NCBI GenBank assembly: GCA_951406725.2
Contig: OX597841.1
Location: 8,990,001-9,054,000, forward strand
Length of the DNA: 64,000 nt
Direction: 5' to 3'
Origin: Octopus vulgaris
Taxonomy: Eukaryota
A model generated the notes under the pieces. The model had not been told where the DNA came from. It searched no databases and worked only from the letters and a program-made list of their open reading frames with translations. Below, piece after piece: positions 1 through 11,799 of the stretch; positions within the stretch are counted from its first letter, which is position 1; the number at the start of each line of letters is the position of its first letter. Made by a program: the position numbers and the translations under genes.

Positions 1-17
1 ACTGACTGTGTCTAACT

Positions 18-219
18 CAGTGGTTTTCAAACCAGGGTTCCGCCAGCACAGTCCAGGGGTTCCACAAGAAGTTACAAAACTGCTAAAATCGGCAGTAATT
101 TTTAATTCTCCTGTGCAGATATGTGTGCATAAGACTATTAAATTATTGCACAGGGGTTCCTCGAGCCAGTGGAATGTTTCCTTGGGGTTCCGCTCCAGCA
201 AAAAGATTGAAAAGCACTG
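18..219. mobile_element. hAT (Charlie-like) MITE, tandem copy 1
   Basis: TIRs CAGTGGTTTTCAA...TTGAAAAGCACTG; flanked by GTCTAACT (10-17) and GTCTAACA (220-227); lacks the internal GCGGAACCTTAGGGTTCC segment of copies 2 and 3. Confidence 0.8.
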
Positions 220-252
220 GTCTAACAAGTGTCTAACTGACTGTGTCTAACT

Positions 253-470
253 CAGTGGTTTTCAACCAGGGTTCCGCGGAACCTTAGGGTTCCGCCAGCA
301 CAGTCCAGGGGTTCCACAAGAAGTTACAAAACTGCTAAAATCGGCAGTAATTTTTAATTCTCCTGTGCAGATATGTGTGCATAAGACTATTAAATTATTG
401 CACAGGGGTCCTCGAGCCAGTGGAATGTTTCCTTGGGGTACCGCGCCAGCAAAAATATTGAAAAGCACTG
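253..470. mobile_element. hAT MITE, tandem copy 2
   Basis: Same TIRs; perfect 8-bp direct repeat GTCTAACT at 245-252 and 471-478. Confidence 0.85.
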
Positions 471-503
471 GTCTAACTAGTGTCTAACTGACTGTGTCTA
501 ACT

Positions 504-722
504 CAGTGGTTTTCAACCAGGATTCCGCGGAACCTTAGGGTTCCGCCAGCACAGTCCAGGGGTTCCACAAGAAGTTACAAAACTGCTAAATGCGGCAGTA
601 ATTTTTAATTCTCCTGTGCAGATATGTGTGCATAAGACTATCAAATTATTGCACAGGGGTTCCTCGAGCCAGTGGAATGTTTCCTTGGGGTTCCGCTCCA
701 GCAAAAAGTTTGAAAAGCACTG
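504..722. mobile_element. hAT MITE, tandem copy 3
   Basis: Same TIRs and body; right flank is CATTGAAT, not GTCTAACT. Confidence 0.8.
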
Positions 723-1124
723 CATTGAATGCTAAAGTAATATGTCCTGTGTTTCACATACTATACAAAGGACAAGCAAATGATTAAGCAATTTCATCAG
801 AAGAGACTGTTACAGTGTGACATTGGTAAATAGTTTTATCGAAAATGTCTCATTATAAACCGATTCATGACAATAAACCTCTGCCCGTCCAAAGTATTTT
901 CATGAGATTGTCCTAATCGTCCATGTCTGTTTTCACCATTTTAATTCAGTCCTTATTTCAACCATTCGTATAAAACTCTTCTTTGCTAACTCCTAAGTTA
1001 CTCTGGTGGTTGGAAAATCGGGGATTTGTATCGTACATAGGGCAGCCAAAGGGTTAGGCATTTCATTTAGAAGAGAAAGATATAATAGGACATTGGTGAA
1101 TCATTGTATAGAATATCCATCCAG

Positions 1125-1155
<31 letters not shown>

Positions 1156-1220
1156 CATCTATCTGTCTCTATCTATCTACATCTATCTGTCTCTATCTAT
1201 CTATCTATCTATCTCTCTAT
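1125..1220 (+). repeat. Compound (TCTA)n microsatellite, 5' flank of Tx1 element
   Basis: TCTA units interrupted by ...CTACATCTATCTGTCTCTATC... variants. Confidence 0.95.
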
Positions 1221-1438
1221 TGACGGGTGTGATGTCGTTTCAGCTCCGAAGGTAATCATTTATTTTGACTATTTAAAAGTGTATATTGACAAACATTTTG
1301 TGCTTAAAAGTTGTGCAACAACATCCACTGTAAACCTTTGATAAATATCGACACAAAATTTTGCCCCTTGTGGGCAAAATTTAAAAGAAAAAAATTCTCA
1401 TAGCCTTCGTGGTTTCATTTAGCCATTTTATTTCCAAA

Positions 1439-3594
1439 ATGGCCACTGGCCACCACGAGGCTGAGTTGCAAGTCAAGCGTGACGCAGAAACAGAAAAACA
1501 GGATGCTCTGTTAGCATACGCCGAACCTGACAACTCCACCACCATCAACAGCAACAAATACAAAACAAAGGTCGCAAGGCCAAGCACCGTCAACACCATC
1601 AGTGAGTCCACCACCACCACCACCAACACCATGGCAGAATCTGCTACTAAAACTGCTATCCCTACTAAAGATATCGCCACCAATAACAACATCACCATCA
1701 CCGCCACCAAAGACCGTGCCGTCAATGCTACTAATACTACCAAAACCACCGCCGTCACCAAGAACGACAATAACAACAACAACAACAACGACGACAACAA
1801 CAATTCCCTTCAACCACTGCTCACTCCATCACCAACAAGTGAAAAAATAACGACGACAAGCAAACGAAATGTCGAATTTTGCCCTAGTGCAGGACTAAAG
1901 TACGCAGGCAATTTTCCACCCCTTCCTACTTGCACGATCGAACCAAACACACCAATTTTACAAACTGCAGCCAACAACAACATCACCACAAGCAACAACA
2001 ATAACAAAACAACAACAAATTTCGCTGAGGCGATTAAAGAAAAAAAAAACAACAATATACTTTACGGCCCAACAAATACAGGACACGAACATCAAAATAA
2101 CAGAATCAGTAGGTATAGTAAAAATAAACATACCAGAAGACATTTTGGAAAATGAAAAAAGACGAACAATCATTTATAAAATAGTTAACAAAAAAACAAA
2201 AATCCCAGAGAAGGCCAACACAAGCAAAATAGAGAAGTGCTTGAAACACATCTGGGATCACAAAGAATATGTAACCTGGTGGAACAAATTTGCCCACATA
2301 CAAGTTGTTTTCTACACCGAAGAGTTAGCTAGACATTTCTCAACGCTAACTCTTCACTCAGATGAACTCCAACTTACACCAAGCTATCGGGGACAGAAAG
2401 TGACTAAGATCACTCTAAACAATGTCCCCAAAATAGCCAATAGTCTATGGCTTGTAAAGGCCTTATGCGTAAAAATGGCGAATTATACTATTTTGGAAAC
2501 CACAGTCACAGAGCATAAAAACTGGGTGGGAAAAAAAATAGAATTTCTTCTACATATACATCATGAAGATATAAAAAAAATACCCACCCAGATATGTGTA
2601 TCAGACGACCACAAGTTATATGTGGTCGTCGATGGCAGAAGACCACGTTGCTACATATGCGGCAGTGAGCAACACCTCAAAAAAGACTGCAAATCTGCCG
2701 CAAGAAAACAACAGCAACAACAACAGCAGCCGGAAACAAAAACAAATAAACAAGGTTTACTACCCACACCACTTTTTGCAGGAACAAACCTCACCAAACA
2801 AACAACCACACCAACTGCAGCACCAAGAACAGAAGCAGCATCACCAACAACAACAACCAAGAATATACCAACTCCCAAACCAAGGACATCTGCCAAAAAG
2901 ACACCCAGCAAAAATGAAGAAACAATTACAACTCCAAATCCCCACAAAATTGAGACCCTAAACAACACAACAATACCCACAATCACTCAAACACAAAATA
3001 CCCAAACCCCACATCCAAAACCGCATACACCACAACCAAACGCTCACCAACCAACACCAACAACAAAACCAACACAGTCGACAATAGACCCCAATACTTT
3101 CCCTCTTCCAGACTCCGATTCGTCTGATCTGTCATTAGACGAAGAAGACACGGAAGATTGGCAAATAGCCACAGGGGGGAGAAGAAAAAGGGGAAAAAAA
3201 AAGAAAAGAAAAAATAACAAACAAAGCGGGAAGATACACCACTCCCGAAACAAAAACATCCACAGAAAACACACACATCAACACAAACACACCATCATCA
3301 AACCCCCCAAAAATGTTGACAGCCATAAACACAAACAACCACGACCTAATGGAACACATTAGGTCAAACACTAACATTACTGAAAACGACATAAAAACAA
3401 GTAACCACCCACACACAACACCACCACAACACATTAAAATAACACACGTGACACAGAACACATACAGCACCCTGAAATCTCTTTACCCTGATGCAGTAGG
3501 GAGATTTCAAAAGTACTCATCGAAAAAACTGTATAAAAGCCTCATAGAAGAAGACCGTGAGGTGAAAGACAAAGAACTTTCGAAAAACAAGTAA
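1439..3594 (+). CDS. Tx1 ORF1 gag-like nucleic-acid-binding protein (two +1 frame breaks in homopolymer runs)
   Basis: ATG at 1439; knuckle DGRRPRCYICGSEQHLKKDC; T/N/P-rich low complexity; frames join if one A is removed at 2040-2049 and one at ~3194-3202 (each downstream frame is open back to these runs). Confidence 0.8.
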
Positions 3595-3636
3595 CCTTTT
3601 CTCTCTCCTTTTCCTTTTTTGCACTTATATCGGAAC

Positions 3637-6600
3637 ATGCTCAGAATAGGTAGTATAAATGTACGTGGCTTGGGGTCGCCTTGGAAACAAGGCTACCTGT
3701 TAAATGACATCAAGTCACTAAATCTGAATATCATAGCCATCAGTGAGACCAGACTCCACAGCTTGCGGGCACTCCAGCACATTTTCGGTACACATTTCAA
3801 CATTTATTTTTCTCCGTGTCTACCGAGAATGGGCGGAGGTGGCACCGCGGTGCTTATCCGGAAGAGTCTGGATCTCAAAGTAAGAGCAAATTTCCTAGAC
3901 CCGGAGGGCAGGCTGGTCGTTTTGGATGTCGATGGCAGCAATGAGTGTGCTTTTCGACTGATAGCAGTTTATGCTCCGTCCTTAACAGGCCGACCAGATT
4001 TCTTTCGACGTCTAGAGTCTTTCATGGGAACGTCTCGTCCTTTACTTTTAGTGGGGGATTGGAATGCCACCCTGGACACGCATCTAGACTACGTGGGCAG
4101 AGATAGCAATAGAAGGGGATGCAAATGCCTCAAAGACCTGCTCAGACGTTTCCAACTGTCTGACAGGTACCGACTGGACCACCCGAATGTGCCAATGTGG
4201 ACATGGAGTAACCGCATCGGGTCGTCCAGATCATACTTAGATAGAGTATTCTGTAGGACAATAGATAAAAATAGTGTAGGTTGTCCACAATTTCATATAG
4301 TCAGTTACACAGATCACAAGTTTGTGACTTGTACACTTGACCTAGATAAGACACATAGGCAGGGTCCTGGTTACTGGAAACTGAACGCGTCTTTTACAGC
4401 ACGACAGGTTTACAGGGACCGGATCAGCACATTAGTTAAGAGAGCTTTGACGGGTACCATCATCAACAACAGATGGTGGTATGCCCTAAAAAAAGCGATT
4501 AAAGCAGAATCAGTCAGATACAGTAGAGCCCTAGCATTAGACCGAAATAGAATAGAGGGAGATTTAGTTAAGGTTTTAGAAGAGGCACTTAGAACTGGCA
4601 TCGCGTCCAACGTACTGGCGGCGAGATTGGCCCTCGACCAACACCTCAACGCCAAACACGAAGGATGCGTTGTCAGAGCTAGGATGCGTGCTCTGAGGAA
4701 CGAAGGAGTTGGAGCCGCCCAAGAGGCCCGAGTGGTGGAGACGCAACGAGGCAACAGAGCCACCATCAAGTCTCTTATAGATGAACAGGGGCGCGAATTG
4801 CTCGAGCCTAAAAGGATGTGTGGGGTTTTTCAACAACACTTCACCCAACTGTTTGGGACAAGTGGTGAGTCAGAAAGCAGAGTGGACTTTAGTGCCTACC
4901 TGCATGCCTTGCCACGACTCTCAGCAAGGGAGCTGGAGTCTTGTGAAAAGCCTATCACAGCTGCGGACGTACAGGATGCGATGGTAGGCTGCGCGAGAGA
5001 CAAGTCACCAGGCTTGGATGGTCTGCCCTACGAATTTTATTTTCATATGCCAGACTTGTTTGGAGGCGTCTTGGCAGCTGTCTACTGCAACTGGCAGCAG
5101 AACGGGAGTATTCCTGCTTTTGTAAAGCGAGGAGCAGTGGCACTGATCAAGAAAGACCCAAACAAGGGGGACGTCATAGATAATTTCAGGCCCATCACTC
5201 TGCTCAACGCAGATTTGAAAATTTTGGCCAAGGTGTTAGCCGAGAGGTTGGCGCTTGTCATCAAGAAACTAATCGACAAGGCGCAAACATGCGCCGTGCC
5301 GGGTAGAAGTATTCATGACAACCTCCATCTGATGCGCTACATCATAGACAGGGTAGTTAAAAATCCTGGCATGGGTGGGGCGCTGATCAATTTGGATCAA
5401 TCAAAAGCCTTCGATAGGGTAGACCATCACTACTTGGAGGCTGTCCTCAAAGCGGCTGGTTTCGGTCCAGTTTTCCGCGGTTGGATCGCTGCCTTATACA
5501 GCGGCATCCGCTCAGTAGTTCGCGTAAATGGTCATCTATCCAGACCTTTTAACATCATGCGTTCGGTTCGTCAGGGATGCCCCTCTCATCGCTGCTGTAT
5601 GTACTGACTCTTGAGCCACTACTGCGGAAACTGGCGACGTTGAGGGGCATCCCACGAGAGCTGGGATGCGGGAGGAGCGTGTCTGCATACGCGGATGACG
5701 TCACCGTCATAGTGTCGAGCTACGAGCACATCGAGCTGGTCGGCGAGACACTGAAAGAATACGAAGCGGTAACGGGAGCAAAAATTAACCGGGAAAAGTC
5801 AGTGGGCTTGCGGCTCGGCACCTGGAGAAGCAAGCCCATGCCGTCCAACAGCGTCTCCATTGTGGGACGCTGGACGGACGGACCGGTTAAATTGCTCGGG
5901 GTCTGGTTCGGTCCGGACCTCCAAATGGAGAAGAACTGGGGCGAGATAACGACTAGGGTGGCTACTCTCACCCAGAAATGGACTGAGAGAAAGCTATCCC
6001 TAAAAGGTCGGGCGGAGGTGGCGAACGCGTACATCGCATCCGTCATCGAGTATCGTCTGACCGTCGTGCCTTGTCCCGACCCTACCATCACCAAACTGGA
6101 ACGCATACTCTTCCGCTTCTTGTGGAAGGGAAACGTTCCGATGGTTAGGCGATCCATTTGCTGCCAACACCCGCTAAATGGAGGGCTGGGCATGCCGTGG
6201 TTGATGATGCGCAGACATGCGCTGAGACTGCGACATCTCCGGCGCTTCATAGACAACGGTGAACAGGGGTGGTCGCCTTTTGTGCGGCGCGCTTTCCCGC
6301 AGCTCGTCTCCTTGGACGAACTACAGTCATGGATCAAGCAGAGACCGAGGCTAGGCGAATGGCACCGCGAGTGTCGCGTTGCTCTCAAGCAACTCTGCCG
6401 TCCGGGATCGAACTTGTGCGACTCCATCACAACAAAGGCATTCTATAGAGGATTAGTGGAGGGGAGGTGCGACGACGAACTCGGGCAGAGTCTGGGCGTC
6501 GACGAGGAACACCTGACCCGCCTGTTCAGGACAACTTTCGGGCCGGGACCTATGAACAATCACCAAAGATCCCTGGCCTGGCAGTGCTATCGAGAAGCAT

Positions 6601-7073
6601 TACCTGTTCGGGATAAGCTCTACAGACACGGTTCCAGACACACTGGACCGACTTGCCCGAGATGCGGTCAGAGCGACGAAACCGTTCTGCACGCACTCGT
6701 GCAATGTCCAACCATTTCCGACCTGTGGGCTTATGCCGAACGGCTGCTGTCACGTGTGGGACGAATCCGCCTATCGGCCGAGTCTATTATGAGAATTGCT
6801 CCGCCCCCTTCCCTCAACCGGGAAGGCAAGGCAGTTTTCATCGTACTGGTGGCCATGGTGAAAGAATGTGTGTGGTGGACTCGAGCGAAAGGATTAGAGA
6901 CAAACACTTACCTCTCTGGCCAATCGCTCATCAACTTTTTCAAGTACCACTTGAAAAGGAAGGTGAGAATGGAGAGGGAAGTTTTGTCTCGCGAAAGATT
7001 CAATAAAAGATGGGTGAATGTTGCAAAGATGGTGCGTGCTAGTAACGAAACCATTTTGAGCATGATCCTGTAG
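3637..7073 (+). CDS. Tx1 ORF2 APE endonuclease / reverse transcriptase (one 1-nt deletion in a C-run)
   Basis: APE motifs SINVRGL, ISET, AVYAP, GDWNA, YLDRV, TDHK; RT motifs KSPGLDG, FRPITLLNAD, DQSKAFDRV, RQGCP|LS, YADD; C-terminal CPRC..ETVLHALVQC; frame break at CCCC 5580-5583. Confidence 0.93.
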
Positions 7074-7376
7074 ATCGTAAAAAAGAAAGAAAGAGAGCAT
7101 TTTTGACCTCATGTGTTTATTTCCTCCCTGACTGGGGTTCCCGTGGTCTTTTCTGTAGGCTTTTCTTCCCACGGATGAACCCAATCTTGTTATATCAATG
7201 TTTACACCATTATTTCTGTGATACACGATTTTCTTTTTTTTTCCTTTTTTTTTCCTCCTCTCGATCCCTTTTGATCGCAATCATACATTTTTATTTTTTT
7301 CCACCCTCGAAAAGAAAAGCTCTGCATTTGTATTTGTCCCCTCTGTATTCAGCCCTGTGTGGCTAATAAAAGAAAG

Positions 7377-7377
<1 letters not shown>

Positions 7378-7442
<65 letters not shown>

Positions 7443-7503
7443 GTCTCTATCTATCTACATCTATCTGTCTCTATCTATCTATCTATCTACATCTATCTGT
7501 CTC

Positions 7504-7550
<47 letters not shown>

Positions 7551-7735
7551 GTCTCTATCTATCTATGTATATCTATCTATCTATCTATCTGTCTCTATCT
7601 ATCTATGTATATCTATCTATCTATCTCTATCTATCTATCTATCTCTATCTATATATCTATCTGTCTCTATCTATCTATATCTCTATCTATCTATCATCTA
7701 TCTATCTATCTATCTATATCTATCTACTACATCTC
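7378..7735 (+). repeat. Compound (TCTA)n microsatellite, 3' flank of Tx1 element
   Basis: Same CTACATCTATCTGTCTCT variant pattern as 1125-1220. Confidence 0.95.
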
Positions 7736-8284
7736 TGATTGCTTGCTTGTCTGTCTGTCATTTAATACAACCAAACCGGCGCATAATGGGAAAAAATGGG
7801 GTTTGTTTCCACAGATTTAAGCAGTAAAACCTGGAGTCTTTGTCCTTCGTTGTGAACACCGGATAGTTTTTTTGGTGGCATAACTACAGATGTGTACTCC
7901 ACTGACTTTGTTGCCTCATAACTACCAGAAAGTGGATACTTTTTAACGAAACCTCCGAAGTAATACACGCTTACATGCTGTGGATTCAGAATATATAGGG
8001 ATTTATAGGAAAGAATTTTTCTGAGGAGGGGTTAGTTTCGGAAAATCCACACGTCCCACACTTTTTCCCTCATAACTTTCAGGAATATGGATTTCTTTTG
8101 ATGAAATTTTATACAAATACCTTTCAAGCGGCGTAGATTACGATTATAAAGAAATTTGTAGGGGAAATGGTTTCCGAGGGGGTGGGGAGAGAAGTTTCGA
8201 AAAAATGGAGTTTCGGATCACGAAGACCAAATAAGTTGGAACAATTCCGTTTTTACGGGAATTTTCCCCATTTTTCTTTTTTTT

Positions 8285-9075
8285 TTTTTTTGTAAATTTT
8301 CATTACAGCCTTCGAAATGATGGTGGGGGAGGGGGAAGGGCATCTTTTTACGTAAATAAGATTTGAGAATTTTTGAAATTTTTCACCTTCCCACTCCGGA
8401 CCGATTTTAGCCATTTTTTTTTTTTTTTTTTTTTTTACTTAAAAACCATGGAAGGAGCCTTTTCGGTAAAAAAAAAAAAAAAAAAAAAATTGTAAATATT
8501 TTTTAGAGGAAAATTATAAAACGGTGCATAATGGGGAAAATACTTCGAAAATAACATAACCCTAGAAGGAGGAAAGAACGTCAAAACTTTCGATTACTCT
8601 TTACTCTCTCTCTTTTACTCTTTTCAGTCATTTACATAAACACAGCAGCATCGGTTGTCAAGCAATGCGAGGGGGGTACAAGCACAGACACACAAACATA
8701 CACGCATATATATATATATATATATACATATATACGACGGGCTTCTTTCAGTTTCCGCCTACCAAATCCACTCACAAGGCTTTGGTCGGCCCGAGGCTAT
8801 AGAAGAAGACACTTGCCCAAGATGCCACGCAGTGGGACTGAACCCGGAACCATGTGGTTGGTAAACAAGTTACTTACCACACAGCCACTCCTGCGCCTTT
8901 TTTTTTTTTTTTTTTTTTTTGTAAATTTTCATTACAGCCTTCGAAATGATGGGGGGTGGGGTGGAAGGGCATCTTCTTACGTAAATAAGATTTGAGAAAT
9001 TTTGAAATTTTTCACCTTCCCACTCCGGACCGATTTTAGCCATTTTTTTTTTTTTTTTTTTTTTACTTAAAAACC
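8285..9075 (+). repeat. ~160-bp direct duplication (8285-8446 and 8900-9075) around a SINE
   Basis: TTGTAAATTTTCATTACAGCCTTCGAAATGATGG...ACTTAAAAACC present twice. Confidence 0.8.
8596..8897 (-). mobile_element. tRNA-derived CORE-type SINE (family A), internally deleted
   Basis: Minus strand starts GGCGCAGGAGTGGCTGTGTGG (A box), GGTTCAGTCCC (B-box-like), CTTGGGCAAGTGTCTT core-like block; many copies in the window. Confidence 0.8.
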
Positions 9076-9294
9076 TTAGAGACATTTCATAAACATTTGG
9101 CTGCTATTTCTAGCACGCCTTGCTACCATGTAACATATCGATGTCTTCTGCATTTTGAAGACAAATTTCACGACCTGAGCAAAAGTCTGACTTTAAATTC
9201 AACAACAAAAATTACGAGTTGTTTTACAGTAAATGTGTCTATTTTCGCATTTGTTAAACGCAATATTCTAATATTTTATACCTCGTTCAGAGAT

Positions 9295-9521
9295 TTTACT
9301 CATTTACTTGTTTCAGTCATTTTGACTGCGGCCATGCTGGAGCACCGCCTTTAGTCGAGCAAATCGACCCCGGGACTTATTCTTTGTAAGCCCAGTACTT
9401 ATTCTATCGGTCTCTTTTGCCGAACCGCTAAGTGACGGGGACGTAAACACACCAGCATCGGTTGTCAAGCAATGCTAGGGGGACAAACACAGACACACAA
9501 ACACACACACACACACATATA

Positions 9522-9553
<32 letters not shown>

Positions 9554-9709
9554 CGACAGGCTTCTTTCAGTTTCCGTCTACCAAATCCACTCACAAGGCA
9601 TTGGTCGGCCCGAGGCTATAGCAGAAGACACTTGCCCAAGATGCCACGCAGTGGGACGGAACCAGGAACCATGTGGTTGGTTAGCAAGCTACTTACCACA
9701 CAGCCACTC
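9295..9709 (-). mobile_element. SINE family A, near full length
   Basis: Matches the other family A copies along its length, with an internal (CA)/(TA) tract. Confidence 0.85.
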
Positions 9710-9795
9710 TAATTTTGAGTGAATCTGACTTCAAAAATACAAATAGTTTGTACAGTATTTATATCTTAGCTGTCTTTAAACAGACAATATTTTAA

Positions 9796-10218
9796 GGCAA
9801 TCTTTCGTCTCTAGTAGACCTTTCCGTCGATTTCCGTAAAAAACTTCTTTTTTTTTTACATATGGGCTTGCGGGAACTTTTGAAGTAATGAGAGCGAAAG
9901 AGACTAAGAGAAAGCGATTGTATGACGAGGGAAGTTCTTTTGAAGTTACCGTGCATGGGAGCATTGATGTAAATGTGTGTATGTGTGTTTGATGGGGTGT
10001 GGGAGACAGACAGTATGTTGTGTAAGTGAAGTGCTTCTGTTAGTGTGTGTGAAGAGACAGAGTAATGTGTGAAAGAAAGAGATAACTGAAATTTTTTACT
10101 CGGTGTATGTGTATATGTATGTATATTACTTCAAAAGTTCCCGCAAGCCCATATGTAAAAAAAAAAAAAATTTTTTACGGAAATCGACGGAAAGGTCTAC
10201 TAGAGACGAAAGATCGCC
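9796..10218. mobile_element. MITE with ~94-bp TIRs, GG termini and 8-bp TSD (Merlin- or Mutator-like; superfamily uncertain)
   Basis: TIRs 9796-9889 and 10125-10218 (GGCAATCTTTCGTCTCTAGTAG... / ...CTACTAGAGACGAAAGATCGCC); TATTTTAA on both sides. Confidence 0.8.
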
Positions 10219-10440
10219 TATTTTAATTTTAGAAAAAATTTTTTTCAAGAGGGTAAATATTTCGTAAGGGACCCATTCGTACTTCGGTGTGAAATGATGT
10301 TTTTCTACAGTTTTTTTTCGAGTGCATTTCACATTATCTCACCTCCAAACCCGCAGTAAGCCATTTTAATTTTTCCGGAAAAGAAAGGGGTGGAGGGGTG
10401 GTGGGGGACCTCGGAGTTTGCCTGGGAAATTCCAAAATTT

Positions 10441-11105
10441 CAGACAGGTGAGCAGGCAGACAGACGGACAGACAGACAGGCAAGCAGGCGGACAGGCAAG
10501 CAGACAGACGGACAGACAGACAGGCAAGCAGACAGACGGACAGACAGACAGGCAAGCAGGCAGGCAGGCAGACAAACAGACAGGCAGACAGGCAGGCAGA
10601 CAGGCAGACAGGCAGACAGGCAGACAGGCAGACAAACAGACAGGCAGACAAACAGACATGCAGGCAAACAGGCAGGCAGGCAAGCAGGCAAGCAGGCAGA
10701 CAGGCAAGCAGACAGGCAGACAGACAAACAGACAAACAGGCAAGCAGACATGCAGGCAAGCAGACAGGCAGGCAGGCAGGCAGGCAGACAAACAGGCAGG
10801 CAGGCAGACAGACAAACAGACAAGCAGACAGGCAGGCAGGCAGGCAGGCAGACAAGCAGACAGGCAGGCAGGCAGGCAGGCAGACAAACAGGCAGACAAA
10901 CAGGCAGACAGGCAAGCAGGCAGACAGACAGACAGGCAGACAGGCAGGCAGACAGGCAGGCAGACAGGCAGGCAGGCAGGCAGGCAGGCAGACAGGCAGA
11001 CAGGCAGGCAGACAGGCAGGCAGACAAACAGACAGGCATGTGGGTGAGTGAGTAAACAGAGATAGATGGGTGACAGATGGACATAGACAGACAGACAGAC
11101 AGACA
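10441..11105 (+). repeat. Compound (CAGA/CAGG/CAAG)n tetranucleotide microsatellite
   Basis: Direct reading. Confidence 0.95.
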
Positions 11106-11799
11106 TATATATATATATACTGACTGAAATGAAAGAAGTTTGAAAGAATTTCAAGAATAAAAAAAAAAAAAAAAACAGGAATATTTTTTTTGAAAATTTT
11201 TATTCATTTTTTTTTTTCAATATTTTATTTTATTTTTTTTTTTCGATTTTTTTTTTTTTCATATATGATAATTTGTATATAGATATCAAAAAGAAAGAAA
11301 TGAAATGAAGAAAAACAACAATTTTTATAGATTGTATCAATACAGTGATTGTTGCTGTTGTTGTTGCTGCTGTTTGTATTTATTTAAAAAAAAAATTTTT
11401 TGGTATATTTTTGTTGTAAACTGGTGAGTGATATGACAGATATATATATATATATATATATATAGATATATAGATATATAGATATATATATAAAAAGTAA
11501 GAGATATCTACATATAAGTATGGACAGAGGTGGAGGTAGATAGAAAAATGGAAAGAGTGAGGGGTGGGAGAGAGAGAGAGAGAGAGAGAGAGAGCAGTCA
11601 GATGTGTAGTGTACCCAGAGATAGACAGGTAGATAGATAGACAAACAGATATATAGATAGACAGATAGATAGATAGACGGGAAGATAGATAGATAGATAG
11701 ATAGACAGGAAAATAGACACAGACAGATAGACAGACAGACAGATAGGCAGGAAGATAGACAGATAGACGGATAGATAGATAGATAGATAGAGAGGAGGA

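Larger units (their letters stand above)
1221..7377 (+). mobile_element. Full-length Tx1-clade (L1 group) non-LTR retrotransposon
   Basis: 5' UTR, ORF1 with CCHC, 42-bp inter-ORF spacer, ORF2 APE-RT-CCHC, T-rich 3' UTR, AATAAA at 7365-7370, then directly (TATC)n. Confidence 0.92.

Noticed and set aside
4410-7280. Antisense and alternative-frame ORFs within Tx1 ORF2
   Set aside because: Shadow ORFs with no motifs
7768-8590. Possible DNA transposon
   Set aside because: Could not define TIRs or a TSD; only a short direct similarity between 7772 and 8519
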